Origin: Kofleriaceae bacterium
GTDB taxonomy: Bacteria > Myxococcota_A > Polyangia > Haliangiales > Haliangiaceae
Length of the DNA stretch: 64,000 bases
Assembly: GCA_036271395.1 (NCBI GenBank)
Contig: DATBAS010000193.1
Span: forward strand, 117,097-181,096
Direction: 5' to 3'
Positions 49,746 through 60,028 of this stretch are shown here, piece after piece. How positions within the stretch are numbered: position 1 is the first letter of the stretch; each line of letters opens with the position of its first letter. Under the pieces are notes generated by a model that worked only from the letters and a program-made list of their open reading frames with translations, had not been told where the DNA came from and did no database searches. The position numbers and the translations under genes were made by a program.

Positions 49746-50189
49746 TCAGTTCGCTTCCATCGCGTACATGTACGAGGTCTCGTAGGTGTGCGGCAGCGTC
49801 GGGAACGCGATGTCGAGGATGTGCTTCTTCGCGCACTCGATCACGCTCTTGGCCTGGATGTCGGTCTTGTCGACGGAGACATCGGTCGCGTGGCCGTCGG
49901 TGCCGATCTTGATCTCGAAGCGCACGTGACCGTGCGTGCCGCGGGGCACCTCGCCGAGCTCCATCGACGACGCCAGGCAGTGCGAGATGATCATCTCCTT
50001 GCGTTTGAGCTCCTGCTGGACCTCGTCCATCTTCTCGGGCGGGACCATGTTGGCGCTCTCGTCTTGCGCGGGCGGCGAATTCTCGTCTTGCGCCGGCGGC
50101 GACGACGTCATGTCGGGCGACGTTTGTTGTTTACCGCCGCACGCGCACGCCAGCGCGATCGACCCGATCAATCCCAAGTGCTTCATCAT
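49746..50189 (-). CDS. Lipoprotein with AgmX/PglI-TonB_C-like domain
   Basis: Lipobox IALACAC|GG. Duplicated SPPAQDE(N/S) motif. HCL....G.V.F.I.IG.DG....V pattern. Confidence 0.7.
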   Translation of the reverse strand: MMKHLGLIGSIALACACGGKQQTSPDMTSSPPAQDENSPPAQDESANMVPPEKMDEVQQELKRKEMIISHCLASSMELGEVPRGTHGHVRFEIKIGTDGHATDVSVDKTDIQAKSVIECAKKHILDIAFPTLPHTYETSYMYAMEAN

Positions 50190-50190
50190 G

Positions 50191-51335
<1,145 letters not shown>

Positions 51336-51336
<1 letters not shown>

Positions 51337-52130
51337 TATTTGCCCTCGAACGCGGCGGCCCGCCGCGGCTTGGCGAGAAACGCCGCCATGCCTTCGCGTT
51401 GGTCGCGCGTCGCGAACATCGCGGCGAACGTCTGGCGCTCGAACGCGAGCCCGACGTCGAGCGGCGCCGACTGGCCGAGCTGCACGAGCCGCTTGACTTC
51501 GGCCACGGCGATCGGCCCATTCGCGGCGATGCGACCCGCGACGGCTTTGACGGTCGCCATCAGCTCGGCCGCGGGCACGACCAGGTCGCACAGGCCGATC
51601 CGCAGCGCTTCGGCGGCGGTAATCGCGTCGCCCGTCATGCACAGCTCCTTGGTCTTGGCGACGCCGACGCGGCGGAGCAGCCGCTGCGTCCCGCCGAGGC
51701 CCGGGATCACGCCGAGCTTCACTTCGGGCTGGCCGAACTTCGCGCTCTCGGCCGCGTAGATGAAGTCGCACGCGAGCGCGAGCTCGCAACCGCCGCCGAA
51801 CGCGACGCCGTTGACCGCCGCGATCCACGGCTTCGTCGACGTCTCGACCGCGGCGCAAAATGCCGTGCCGGTCTCGACGAAGCGTTGCGCGGCGAGCGGC
51901 GTGAGCTCGTGCATCTCGCTGATGTCGGCGCCCGCGACGAACGCCTTGTCGCCCGCGCCGGTCAACGCGACGACGCGCACGCCCTGCGCTTGCTCGAGCA
52001 CGACCGCTGCCGCGCCGAGCTCGGCCATCACCTGCGTCGACAGCGCGTTGAGCGCCGCGGCGCGATCGATCGTCAGGATCCCGAGCGGTCCGTCTTGGCT
52101 GATCGCGACGGTCTGGAACGTGGGAAACAT
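51336..52130 (-). CDS. Enoyl-CoA hydratase (crotonase family)
   Basis: ATG at 52130. ALTGAGDKAFVAGADI, AAVNGVAFGGGCELALACD, G..PG.GGTQRL. Confidence 0.9.
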
Positions 52131-52132
52131 CG

Positions 52133-53008
52133 TCACGCCTTCTTTTGGCCCTGTTGGTCGTACTCGTAGAACCCGCGCAGCACTTTCTTGCCGAGCCATC
52201 CCGCCGCGACGTACTGGCGCAAGAGCGGACACGGCCGGTACTTGTCGTCGCCGAGCTCGCGGTGGAGCACTTCGGCGATCGCGAGGCACGTGTCGAGGCC
52301 GATCAGGTCGGCGAGCTCGAGCGGGCCCATCGGATGGTTGAGGCCGAGCTTCACGCCGGTGTCGATGTCCGACGCCGTGCCGAGCCCTTCATAGAGCCCG
52401 TAACACGCCTCGTTGAGCAGCGGGATCAACATGCGGTTGACGATGAAGCCGGGAATGTCGCGCGCGCCGATCGTCGTCTTGCCGAAGCGATGGGCGAGCG
52501 CGGTCACGGTCGCGTTCGTCGCGTCGGACGTCGGCAGGCCGCGCACGATCTCGACGAGCTTCATCAGCGGCACCGGATTCATGAAGTGCATGCCGATCAC
52601 GCGATCGGGCCGGCCCGATGCGGCCGCGAGCTTGGTGATCGAGATCGACGACGTGTTCGACGCCAAGATGGCCTCGTCCTTCACGATGTCGCCGAGCGCC
52701 TTCATGATGCCGAGCTTGAGCTCTTCTTTTTCCGGAGCCGCTTCGATCACGACGTCGCACTCGACCAGATCGCGCAGCGCCGGCGCGTGGCGGAGCCGCG
52801 CCATCGCCTGATCGCGCGCACCGGCTTCGAGCTTGCTGCGCTCGACGAGCCGATCGAGCTGCTTCTTGATCTTCGCGACGCCTTGCTGCGCGAAGTCGGG
52901 CGCAGCATCGACGACGATCACGTCGACGCCGGCCTGCGCCGCCACTTGCGCGATGCCCTGGCCCATTTGACCGGCGCCGATGACGCCCAGCTTCTTGACC
53001 TCGGCCAT
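52133..53008 (-). CDS. 3-hydroxybutyryl/3-hydroxyacyl-CoA dehydrogenase
   Basis: ATG at 53008. VIGAGQMGQGIA, SNTSS, HFMNPVP.M.LVE, PGFIVNR. Confidence 0.9.
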   Translation of the reverse strand: MAEVKKLGVIGAGQMGQGIAQVAAQAGVDVIVVDAAPDFAQQGVAKIKKQLDRLVERSKLEAGARDQAMARLRHAPALRDLVECDVVIEAAPEKEELKLGIMKALGDIVKDEAILASNTSSISITKLAAASGRPDRVIGMHFMNPVPLMKLVEIVRGLPTSDATNATVTALAHRFGKTTIGARDIPGFIVNRMLIPLLNEACYGLYEGLGTASDIDTGVKLGLNHPMGPLELADLIGLDTCLAIAEVLHRELGDDKYRPCPLLRQYVAAGWLGKKVLRGFYEYDQQGQKKA

Positions 53009-54195
53009 CACGCGCGCTCCCCAGCCCGCTCGACGAGGAGCGCGATGCCTTCGCCGCCGCCGATACACAGCGACGCGCCGCCGGTCTTCACGTTCTTCGC
53101 GGCCATCGCGTAGACCAGCGTGACCAGCAAGCGCGCGCCCGACGCGCCGATCGGGTGACCGAGCGCGACCGCGCCGCCGTGGATGTTGACCTTGTGCGGA
53201 TCGATGCCGAGCAGCTGGTTGTTGGCGATCGAGACGACCGCGAACGCTTCGTTGATCTCCCACAGGTCGACCGACTTCGCGTCCCATTTGGCCTTCGCGA
53301 GCGCGTTCCGGATCGCCGGCGCCGGCGCGGTCGTGAACCACTCGGGCGCCTGCGCGTGATAGCCCCAGCTGACGAGCTTCGCGAGGGGCTTGATCCCGCG
53401 TTGCTTCGCTTCATCGGCGGACATCAGCACCACCGCCGCGGCGCCATCGTTGAGCGACGACGCGTTGCCGGCTGTCACCGTGCCGTCTTTTTGAAACGAC
53501 GCGCGCAGCGACGGCAGTTTTTCGATCGCGCCGCGACCGGGCTCTTCGTCATCGGTGACCGAGACGTTGCCCTTCTTGCCGGCGACCTCGACCGCCGCGA
53601 TCTCGGCCTTGAACGCGCCGCTTTGCTGCGCCGCGAGCGCGCGCTTGTAGCTCTCGGCGGCGAACTCGTCTTGCGCGCCGCGCGAGATCTTCATGTCCTT
53701 CGCGCACAGCTCGGCGCAGTTGCCCATGTGCTGGTTCGAGTACGGATCCCACAGGCCATCGCTGACCATCGAGTCGCTGGTATCGAGCGCGCCCATCTTC
53801 ACGCCGTTGCGCAGCCCGCGCACGACATGCGGCGCGTTCGACATCGACTCCTGGCCGCCGGCGACGCCGATCTCGATCTCGCCGGCCGCGATCGCGCGCG
53901 CGACGCCGAGCACGGCCTCGAGACCCGAGCCACAGACTTTGTTCACCGTCACGCACGGCACGCTGTTCGGCAGCCCGGCGAACAGTGCGGCCTGGCGCGC
54001 GGGCGCTTGGCCGACGCCGGCTTGCAGCACCTCGCCCATGTGGACGAGCTGGACGTCGCCGGGTTTGATGCCGGCCCGCTCGAGCGCGCTCTTGATCGCG
54101 ACCGCGCCCAATTTCGGCGCCGGCAACGAAGCGAGCGCTCCCAAGAAACTTCCGATGGCGGTGCGCGCAGCACCGACGATGACGACGTCGCGCAT
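53008..54195 (-). CDS. Acetyl-CoA C-acetyltransferase (thiolase II)
   Basis: VNKVCGSGL (active-site Cys), NEAFA, NIHGGAVALGHPIGASG, CIGGGEG. Confidence 0.92.
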   Translation of the reverse strand: MRDVVIVGAARTAIGSFLGALASLPAPKLGAVAIKSALERAGIKPGDVQLVHMGEVLQAGVGQAPARQAALFAGLPNSVPCVTVNKVCGSGLEAVLGVARAIAAGEIEIGVAGGQESMSNAPHVVRGLRNGVKMGALDTSDSMVSDGLWDPYSNQHMGNCAELCAKDMKISRGAQDEFAAESYKRALAAQQSGAFKAEIAAVEVAGKKGNVSVTDDEEPGRGAIEKLPSLRASFQKDGTVTAGNASSLNDGAAAVVLMSADEAKQRGIKPLAKLVSWGYHAQAPEWFTTAPAPAIRNALAKAKWDAKSVDLWEINEAFAVVSIANNQLLGIDPHKVNIHGGAVALGHPIGASGARLLVTLVYAMAAKNVKTGGASLCIGGGEGIALLVERAGERA

Positions 54196-54241
54196 GCGAA
54201 GGGCTTACCTCGCGCCATGGAGAATCGTCAACCCGTATGAT

Positions 54242-55366
54242 TCAGCGATGTTGCCGTGCGCGATCGACGAGTGTTGGCAACAGCGCGAGGACGGTATCGA
54301 TCTCGGCGATCGTCGTGCCCGGACCGAGTGAAAACCGGATCGCCTCGCGCGCCTGATCGGGCGGCCAGCCGAGCGCGAGCAACACCGGCGACGGCTCGAT
54401 GCTGCCGCTCGTGCACGCGGCGCCCGTCGATGCCGCGACGCCTGCGAGATCGAGCGCGATCACGATCGCGTCACCGAGCGCGCCCGGAAACGCCGCGTTG
54501 ATCGTGGCGCCGGTGCGCGGTGAGCTCTGGCCGTGAATCCGCGCGCCGAGCGCGACCAACCCGGCCTCGAGCCGCGCGCCGAGCTCGGCCACGGCTGGCC
54601 ATGCAGTCAGGTCGACCGCAGCCGCCGCGGCACCGAACCCGACGATGCCGAGCGCGTTTTCGGTGCCCGCGCGCCGGCCGCGCTCTTGATGGCCGCCCGC
54701 GATCACGGGCAGCCCGGCATCGTGCGTGATCGCGAGCGCGCCGACGCCTTGCGGGCCGCCGAGCTTGTGGGCGGACAATGCGAGCGCGTCCGCGTCGATT
54801 CGGTTCAGGTCGAGCTTGCCGGCGGCCTGCACGGCATCGACGTGCACGCGCGCGCCACGGGCACGCGCCCACGCGAGCACTCCCGGGTCCAAGATCGTGC
54901 CGAGCTCGTGGTTGACCGCGCTGACCGCGACGAGCCCGACGTCGGCGGCGGCCGGTCCCGGGCCGATCCGGCCGTCATGGTCGACCGGCAGGATCAGTAA
55001 TTTCCAGCCTCTGTGGCGCACCAGCTCGCCGACCGCGCCCGCGAGCGATGGATGGTCGATCGGGCTGGTCGCCACGACGTTCGGCCCGCCGTCGACGGTC
55101 GCCGCGAGCGCCAACACACCGAGCGCGTTGGCCTCGGTGCCGCCGCTCGTGAAGATGATGTGGTCTTTCGGGCGGCCGGCCAGCGCGGCGACGGCGCGGC
55201 GGGCAGTCTCGACGCGATCGCGCGCGGCGCGGCCTTCGGCGTGGACGGAGGACGGGTTGCCGGCGCCGATGGACGATTCCAGCGCCGCGGAGATCGCCCG
55301 CCGCGCCGGCTCGCCGAGCGGCGCCGTTGCGTTGTAGTCGAGGTAGATCCGTGCCCGCGTTGACAT
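54242..55366 (-). CDS. Cysteine desulfurase / class V aminotransferase (NifS/IscS-like)
   Basis: ATG at 55366. IYLDYNATAP, FTSGGTEAN, SAHKLGGPQGVGAL (PLP Lys), ASTGAACTSG. Confidence 0.85.
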   Translation of the reverse strand: MSTRARIYLDYNATAPLGEPARRAISAALESSIGAGNPSSVHAEGRAARDRVETARRAVAALAGRPKDHIIFTSGGTEANALGVLALAATVDGGPNVVATSPIDHPSLAGAVGELVRHRGWKLLILPVDHDGRIGPGPAAADVGLVAVSAVNHELGTILDPGVLAWARARGARVHVDAVQAAGKLDLNRIDADALALSAHKLGGPQGVGALAITHDAGLPVIAGGHQERGRRAGTENALGIVGFGAAAAAVDLTAWPAVAELGARLEAGLVALGARIHGQSSPRTGATINAAFPGALGDAIVIALDLAGVAASTGAACTSGSIEPSPVLLALGWPPDQAREAIRFSLGPGTTIAEIDTVLALLPTLVDRARQHR

Positions 55367-55402
55367 GGACGGCGAGGTCCCCAAATATGATCCCATAGAT
55401 CC

Positions 55403-57874
55403 GTGGCCGACGACGCGGGCGCCCTCCTAGTTCGATCGGGGCTGGTGTCCTCCAGTGCCCTCGACGAAGCGCGTTCGAAAGTCGCCGATGACGGCGGCAC
55501 GCTCGGCGAGCAGCTCGTCCTGGCCGGCCACGTCACCGACGAAGATCTGACCGCGTTTTACAAGCAGCGGCTGCTCGTGCCGCAGGTCCATCCGAACGTC
55601 CTCGCGCGGCTGCCGGCCAAGATCGTCGCGCTGATCCCGAGCGACATGGCGATCGAGCTGCGCGCCATCCCGGTCTCGCTCGACACCGAAAACAACCTCA
55701 CGGTCGCGATGAGCGACCCGTCGGATCGCCACGCGGTCGACCAGATCGGCGTTTATACCGGCAGCTACATCGTGCGTGCCGTCGCGACGCAGATGCAGAT
55801 CGCGTGGTGCCTCGCGCATTACTACGGCCACGTCACCGACCTCGGATCGCGGCTCATGCAGGCGTCGACGGTGACGTCGCAGGCGGCCGAAGAGACCACG
55901 CCGACGCCGAACGAGCGGCCGCCGCGGGTTCGCGGGATCACCGGCGAGGTCGAGGCGATGCGGCACAAAGGGCTCGTGCCCGGCGAGCATGCGAGCGGCC
56001 AGATCGCAGTCGATCCCGCGCTCGATCCCGACGACGCCGCGCCCGAGCCGGCGGCGAACGAGACCAGCGATCGCGCGCGCAGCGTGTCGGGCGAGATCCG
56101 CATGCATCGCCGTGCGCCGTCGATCAAGCCGCCGTTCCCCGACGACTCGGGTCCGGTGATCATCATGGAGGCCGACACGCCGCCGCGTGGGATCGAGATC
56201 GGCGACGACACCGCGCCGGCTCGCGCGATCGGGCCGCGCCGCCGCATGCCCGCCGAGCCCGATCCGCCGGAGCTCGCCGCGCGCGCCGGCGAGGTCGCGC
56301 AGGTCGATCGTAGCCAGCGCGAGCACGCGGTCGCAGATGGTCCGAGCATCGTGATCGACGACTCGCTCGACCGCGAGGCGGTGCCTGCTCCGCTGCCCGA
56401 GAGCCCCGAGAGCCAGACCGCGCCGCTCCGCGACACCTCCGGCGAGATCGAGATCCGCGACATGCGCCCGCAGGACGGCGATGGCGATGGCGATGCGGAG
56501 GACGAGGCGCCCGCGCTGATCCGCGATGCGCCCAAGCCGATCGAGGACGAGCCGTCCGCGCCGATCTTGCTCGACCGCCGTCGCGCCGGCGAGCTTGCGC
56601 GCGTCGAGCAGGCCGCGGTCGTGATGAAGGCGCCGCGCACGGTCGGCGAGCGCCGGACGTCGGTCGGCGTCGGCCAGCCCGGCCCCGGCAACCACGTCGC
56701 CAAGCGCGCCGCGCCGCGCGACACCGCGGTCGAAGAGATGCCGGCGATGCTCGAAGATGATGTCACGCGCGAGCACATGGCCGCGCCCGATGCCGGCGAG
56801 CTCGACGATGCGACGCGGCTCGAGCTCCGCGCGGCGCCGCCCGGCGACGAGATCAGCTCCGACGAGCATCTCGCCGCGCCACCGAGCCCGGTGCCCGAAG
56901 ACGACGACAGCGGCCCGGTCGTCGGCCCGCCGGCGCCGCGGTTCTCACCGGCCGCGAGCGGCCAGATCCGATTGTCGGGCGTGATCCCGCGACTCGACGC
57001 CGACGACGATGACGACGACGACAGCGACGTCGACCATGTCGAAAAACGCGTCGACGTGCGCCGCCGCCGCAGCAGCCCCGACGCCAACCTGCGCGTCACT
57101 CATCCGACGATGGTAATGAGCGCGATCGAGCTCGACGAGGCGATTCCGGATCGCACCGCCGAGGTCGTGCCGGCGCACCTCGATCACGACGATGTCGACG
57201 ACGGCTGGGGACCGCCGGGCACGACGATCCCGCCGCCGCTGCTCGGCGCGATTCCCGGCAATGACGAGCCGAACATCGGGATGATTCCGCTGCCCGATCT
57301 CGAGCACCAGCCGCTGATCGTCTCGCCGCCGTCGCCGCCCGAGCACGGCCGGCCGCACACGCAAACCGAGGCCGGCGTCGCGCGGATGCTCGAGCAGGCG
57401 ACGATGCGCGTCCTGCAGCTGATCCAGTCGCTCGACCACACCAGCGATCGCGACGAGGTCGTGGTCACGATGATCACGCACCTCGCCGAGAGCCATCGCC
57501 GCGCCGGGTTCTTCGCGGTGCGCGGCGGCGAGCTGTCGCTGTTCGCGATCCTGCCGCGACTCGCGGTGATGCCGGCGGCGACGCTGCGGCTGTCGGGCGG
57601 CTCGGCGCGCGCATCGACGCTCGGCGACGTGGTCGACACGCGGCTGCCGTATCGCGGCCCGATGCACGACGCGGCGAGCCGAACGTTCCTACAGTCGGTG
57701 CTCGGCGCCTGCCCCGCCGAGATCCTGCTCGTGCCGATCGCGGTGCGCGATCGCGTCGTCGGCGTGTTGTTCGGCGAGCACCGCTTGCGCCACACGTTCG
57801 ACGATCAACTCGCGCTCGCCGGCCGCGCCGCCGGCAACGCGCTCGAGCGCATCCTCAAGGCGAAGCGCGGATGA
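55403..57874 (+). CDS. T2SSE_N (GspE/MshE N-terminal)-domain protein with long acidic disordered linker and GAF-like C-terminal domain
   Basis: GTG start. LGEQLVLAGHVTDEDLTAFYKQ...IPSDMAIELRAIPVSLD.NNLTVAMSDPSD matches the GspE N1 fold family. The C-terminal about 200 aa looks GAF-like by eye. Confidence 0.7.
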   Translation: MADDAGALLVRSGLVSSSALDEARSKVADDGGTLGEQLVLAGHVTDEDLTAFYKQRLLVPQVHPNVLARLPAKIVALIPSDMAIELRAIPVSLDTENNLTVAMSDPSDRHAVDQIGVYTGSYIVRAVATQMQIAWCLAHYYGHVTDLGSRLMQASTVTSQAAEETTPTPNERPPRVRGITGEVEAMRHKGLVPGEHASGQIAVDPALDPDDAAPEPAANETSDRARSVSGEIRMHRRAPSIKPPFPDDSGPVIIMEADTPPRGIEIGDDTAPARAIGPRRRMPAEPDPPELAARAGEVAQVDRSQREHAVADGPSIVIDDSLDREAVPAPLPESPESQTAPLRDTSGEIEIRDMRPQDGDGDGDAEDEAPALIRDAPKPIEDEPSAPILLDRRRAGELARVEQAAVVMKAPRTVGERRTSVGVGQPGPGNHVAKRAAPRDTAVEEMPAMLEDDVTREHMAAPDAGELDDATRLELRAAPPGDEISSDEHLAAPPSPVPEDDDSGPVVGPPAPRFSPAASGQIRLSGVIPRLDADDDDDDDSDVDHVEKRVDVRRRRSSPDANLRVTHPTMVMSAIELDEAIPDRTAEVVPAHLDHDDVDDGWGPPGTTIPPPLLGAIPGNDEPNIGMIPLPDLEHQPLIVSPPSPPEHGRPHTQTEAGVARMLEQATMRVLQLIQSLDHTSDRDEVVVTMITHLAESHRRAGFFAVRGGELSLFAILPRLAVMPAATLRLSGGSARASTLGDVVDTRLPYRGPMHDAASRTFLQSVLGACPAEILLVPIAVRDRVVGVLFGEHRLRHTFDDQLALAGRAAGNALERILKAKRG

Positions 57875-59102
57875 GCTGCGCGTAGAGCCGCGCGCGGCGC
57901 TCGGCCGATTCTTTCAGCGCGGCCCATAGCGACGGGTAGGCGCCGGCGAGCTCGAACACCGCGGGCGCCGCCATCGCGAGCACGACGCTGTCGATCGCCG
58001 CGACGACGGCATACAGCGCCGGCGCGCGCGCGAGCAGCGAGCCCTCGCCGGTGAAGCCGCCCGGCTCGATCTGATCGAGCACCTGCGCGCCGCGGCGCAC
58101 TTCGAGCCGGCCCGACACGACGAGCAGCAGCGGGTGCGAATGCGCGCCCATCCGGATCGCGAACTCGCCCGCGGCGATCGCGCGCTCGCTACTGCGGCGC
58201 ACCGCTTCGTCGCGCTTGGCGGCGGGCAGCGCGGCAAAGAACGCGTTCGCGATCGGCTCGTCGCCGAGCAGCTCGCGCGGCGCCGTCATGTCCTCGTCGG
58301 TATCGCGGCTCGGGTTCGGGCTCGGCGATGTCGCGTCGAGCATCGTGTCGCGCTTGGGTGGCGCTGCGATCGGTGGTGGCGTCGGCGCTTCGTCGAAGTC
58401 GGGCGGTGTGATCCGGCTCGGCAACGACGCCGCGATCAGCCCCGAGATCCGGCGCGCGGCTCCGGCGAGCCCGGTGGTATCCGAGCGCGGCTCGTCGCCG
58501 GGCCGGGTGTCGGCGCCTTCGACGATCGGCAGATCGAGCTCGATGCGCGGGATCTTGTTCGCCGACGACGTCGGATCGGCGACGTGGTACGGCAGCGGCC
58601 GAGGCAACGGCGTCGTCGAATCGCGCGTGTCGGGGATCACCGGGTCGCGCGGCTTGGGCAGCGGCTTCGGGATCGTGTCGTTCCAGATCTCGCGCGGCCC
58701 CGAGGGCGGATCGAGCTTCGGGCTCGCGAGCACGCCCGGCACCGCCGGAGGTGTCGTCGGATCGGTCAGCTCGGCGAACAGCGTGCGACACGCCGGATCG
58801 TCCGGGGCCAGCTCGAGGATGCTGCGGCACACCGCGATCGCCTGCTGGTTGCGGCTCTGCGCGCGATACGCGAGCGCGACCGAGCGATAGAGCTCGACGG
58901 CCTCGGCGCGGCGGCCGGCATCGCGCAGCGCGCCCGCGAGCGTGATGCGCAGCGGAAGGTTGCCGGGCTCCTTCTCGAGGCGTTTCTCGAGCGCGCCGAG
59001 CTCGCGAGCGGTCACGACGGAGTCAACGACACCGGCGCTCGGAACGTCATCGCCGGCGAGTTCGCGGGCAGCGTCCACTTGCTGGCGAGTGTCTTCATGC
59101 AC
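57855..59102 (-). CDS. TPR plus cyclic-nucleotide-binding domain protein (start 59102 ATG, or GTG 59015 overlapping the upstream TGA)
   Basis: C-terminal cNMP-binding pattern: GEFAIRMG....LLLVVSGRLEV.....VLDQIEPGGFTGEGSLL...PALYAVVA. TPR-like N-terminal region. Confidence 0.75.
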   Translation of the reverse strand: MHEDTRQQVDAARELAGDDVPSAGVVDSVVTARELGALEKRLEKEPGNLPLRITLAGALRDAGRRAEAVELYRSVALAYRAQSRNQQAIAVCRSILELAPDDPACRTLFAELTDPTTPPAVPGVLASPKLDPPSGPREIWNDTIPKPLPKPRDPVIPDTRDSTTPLPRPLPYHVADPTSSANKIPRIELDLPIVEGADTRPGDEPRSDTTGLAGAARRISGLIAASLPSRITPPDFDEAPTPPPIAAPPKRDTMLDATSPSPNPSRDTDEDMTAPRELLGDEPIANAFFAALPAAKRDEAVRRSSERAIAAGEFAIRMGAHSHPLLLVVSGRLEVRRGAQVLDQIEPGGFTGEGSLLARAPALYAVVAAIDSVVLAMAAPAVFELAGAYPSLWAALKESAERRARLYAQLIRASP

Positions 59103-59587
59103 GAGTCGAACACGTCGCCGAGCGACGGTGCGAACGACGAGTCATGATACGCGCCCGACTGCGCGAACGTGGCCGAGATGTTGAGCGTGATCGTCCGCGC
59201 CTGCAGGTCCGAGCGCTTCTTGAGCGCTTGCTGATAGCACTTCTGGATTCCGCCGCGCGATTTCGCGACGAGATCGAGAAACTCCTGCGACGCCGCGGCG
59301 GTCTCCTTGTCGGGAATCGGGTGCTGCGCTTCGCCGTCGGCCGCGGGTTTGACGGTGAGGATGTTGTTCTGGAACGTGACCAGGATCTCCACGCCGCTGC
59401 CGCTGCCGGCGCCGCCTCGCATCAGACTCGCGTTCTCGGCCTCTTCGGCTTTGATCAGCTTGTCCTTCTCGTCGACGTTCTTCTTGCACGCGTCGAGGTC
59501 GGCGAGCGTCTGCGGGTTGTCCTTGGTGACGGTCTCGCCCTTACAGCCCGCGACCAGTGCGATGAGGATGCAGATCGAAGTACGCAT
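59012..59587 (-). CDS. Lipoprotein with AgmX/PglI-TonB_C-like domain
   Basis: Lipobox LIALVAGC|K. C-terminal KCYQQAL....L..R.ITLNI......G......F.P.....F..CM pattern. Confidence 0.7.
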   Translation of the reverse strand: MRTSICILIALVAGCKGETVTKDNPQTLADLDACKKNVDEKDKLIKAEEAENASLMRGGAGSGSGVEILVTFQNNILTVKPAADGEAQHPIPDKETAAASQEFLDLVAKSRGGIQKCYQQALKKRSDLQARTITLNISATFAQSGAYHDSSFAPSLGDVFDSCMKTLASKWTLPANSPAMTFRAPVSLTPS

Positions 59588-59593
59588 GGCTAC

Positions 59594-59989
59594 TCAACTA
59601 TCCTTCTGCCGTGATCCTACTATGGGTTGCGAGTGAAGAATTCCAGGGCGCTCGACGAACTCGCGGACGATTTGTCCGCCGATCACGTGCTCGACGACGA
59701 CACGTTCCACTTTCGACCGCTCCATCCGATTATACAGAGCTGTCGCACCGCGAGGACTCGGCGCGGTCGCAAACCCGGTGCCGAGCGTGGGGTCGTTGGA
59801 TATCTCCCGCACGAGCACGTTTGGCCCCTGCGTGCACCGGCCGAAGCAACTCTGCCACACGAGCTCGGTATGCTCGCGCGCTTCGTTCGCGGTCAGCGCC
59901 GAGCGGAAGACCTCGTGGAGCTCACCAGAGCCGCGTCGATCGCCGCATTCTGGCCCGCGGCAGATCACGATCTTGAAGCGACGCTCCAC
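59594..59989 (-). CDS. Thioredoxin-like [2Fe-2S] ferredoxin domain protein
   Basis: CRGPEC...CFGRCTQGPNV cysteine spacing, typical of NuoE/thioredoxin-like 2Fe-2S ferredoxins. Confidence 0.65.
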   Translation of the reverse strand: MERRFKIVICRGPECGDRRGSGELHEVFRSALTANEAREHTELVWQSCFGRCTQGPNVLVREISNDPTLGTGFATAPSPRGATALYNRMERSKVERVVVEHVIGGQIVREFVERPGILHSQPIVGSRQKDS

Positions 59990-60028
59990 GTAACCCGAGC
60001 GTGACGGCCATGCGCGATCCTGTCAACG

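Noticed and set aside
55403-55600. MshEN-type c-di-GMP binding motif (RLGxxLLxxGLLxxxxLxxxLxxQ) in the T2SSE_N protein.
   Set aside because: Both candidate stretches (AGALLVRSGLVSSSALDEARSK and TLGEQLVLAGHVTDEDLTAFYKQ) lack the leading Arg and do not align cleanly at the LxxQ end. Binding cannot be inferred from sequence alone.
56440-57060. Tandem-looking DNA repeats (GGCGAT x3 at about 56470; GACGAC runs at about 57000).
   Set aside because: These are codon-level repeats encoding DGDGDGD and poly-Asp inside a disordered acidic linker of a coding gene. They are not independent repeat elements.
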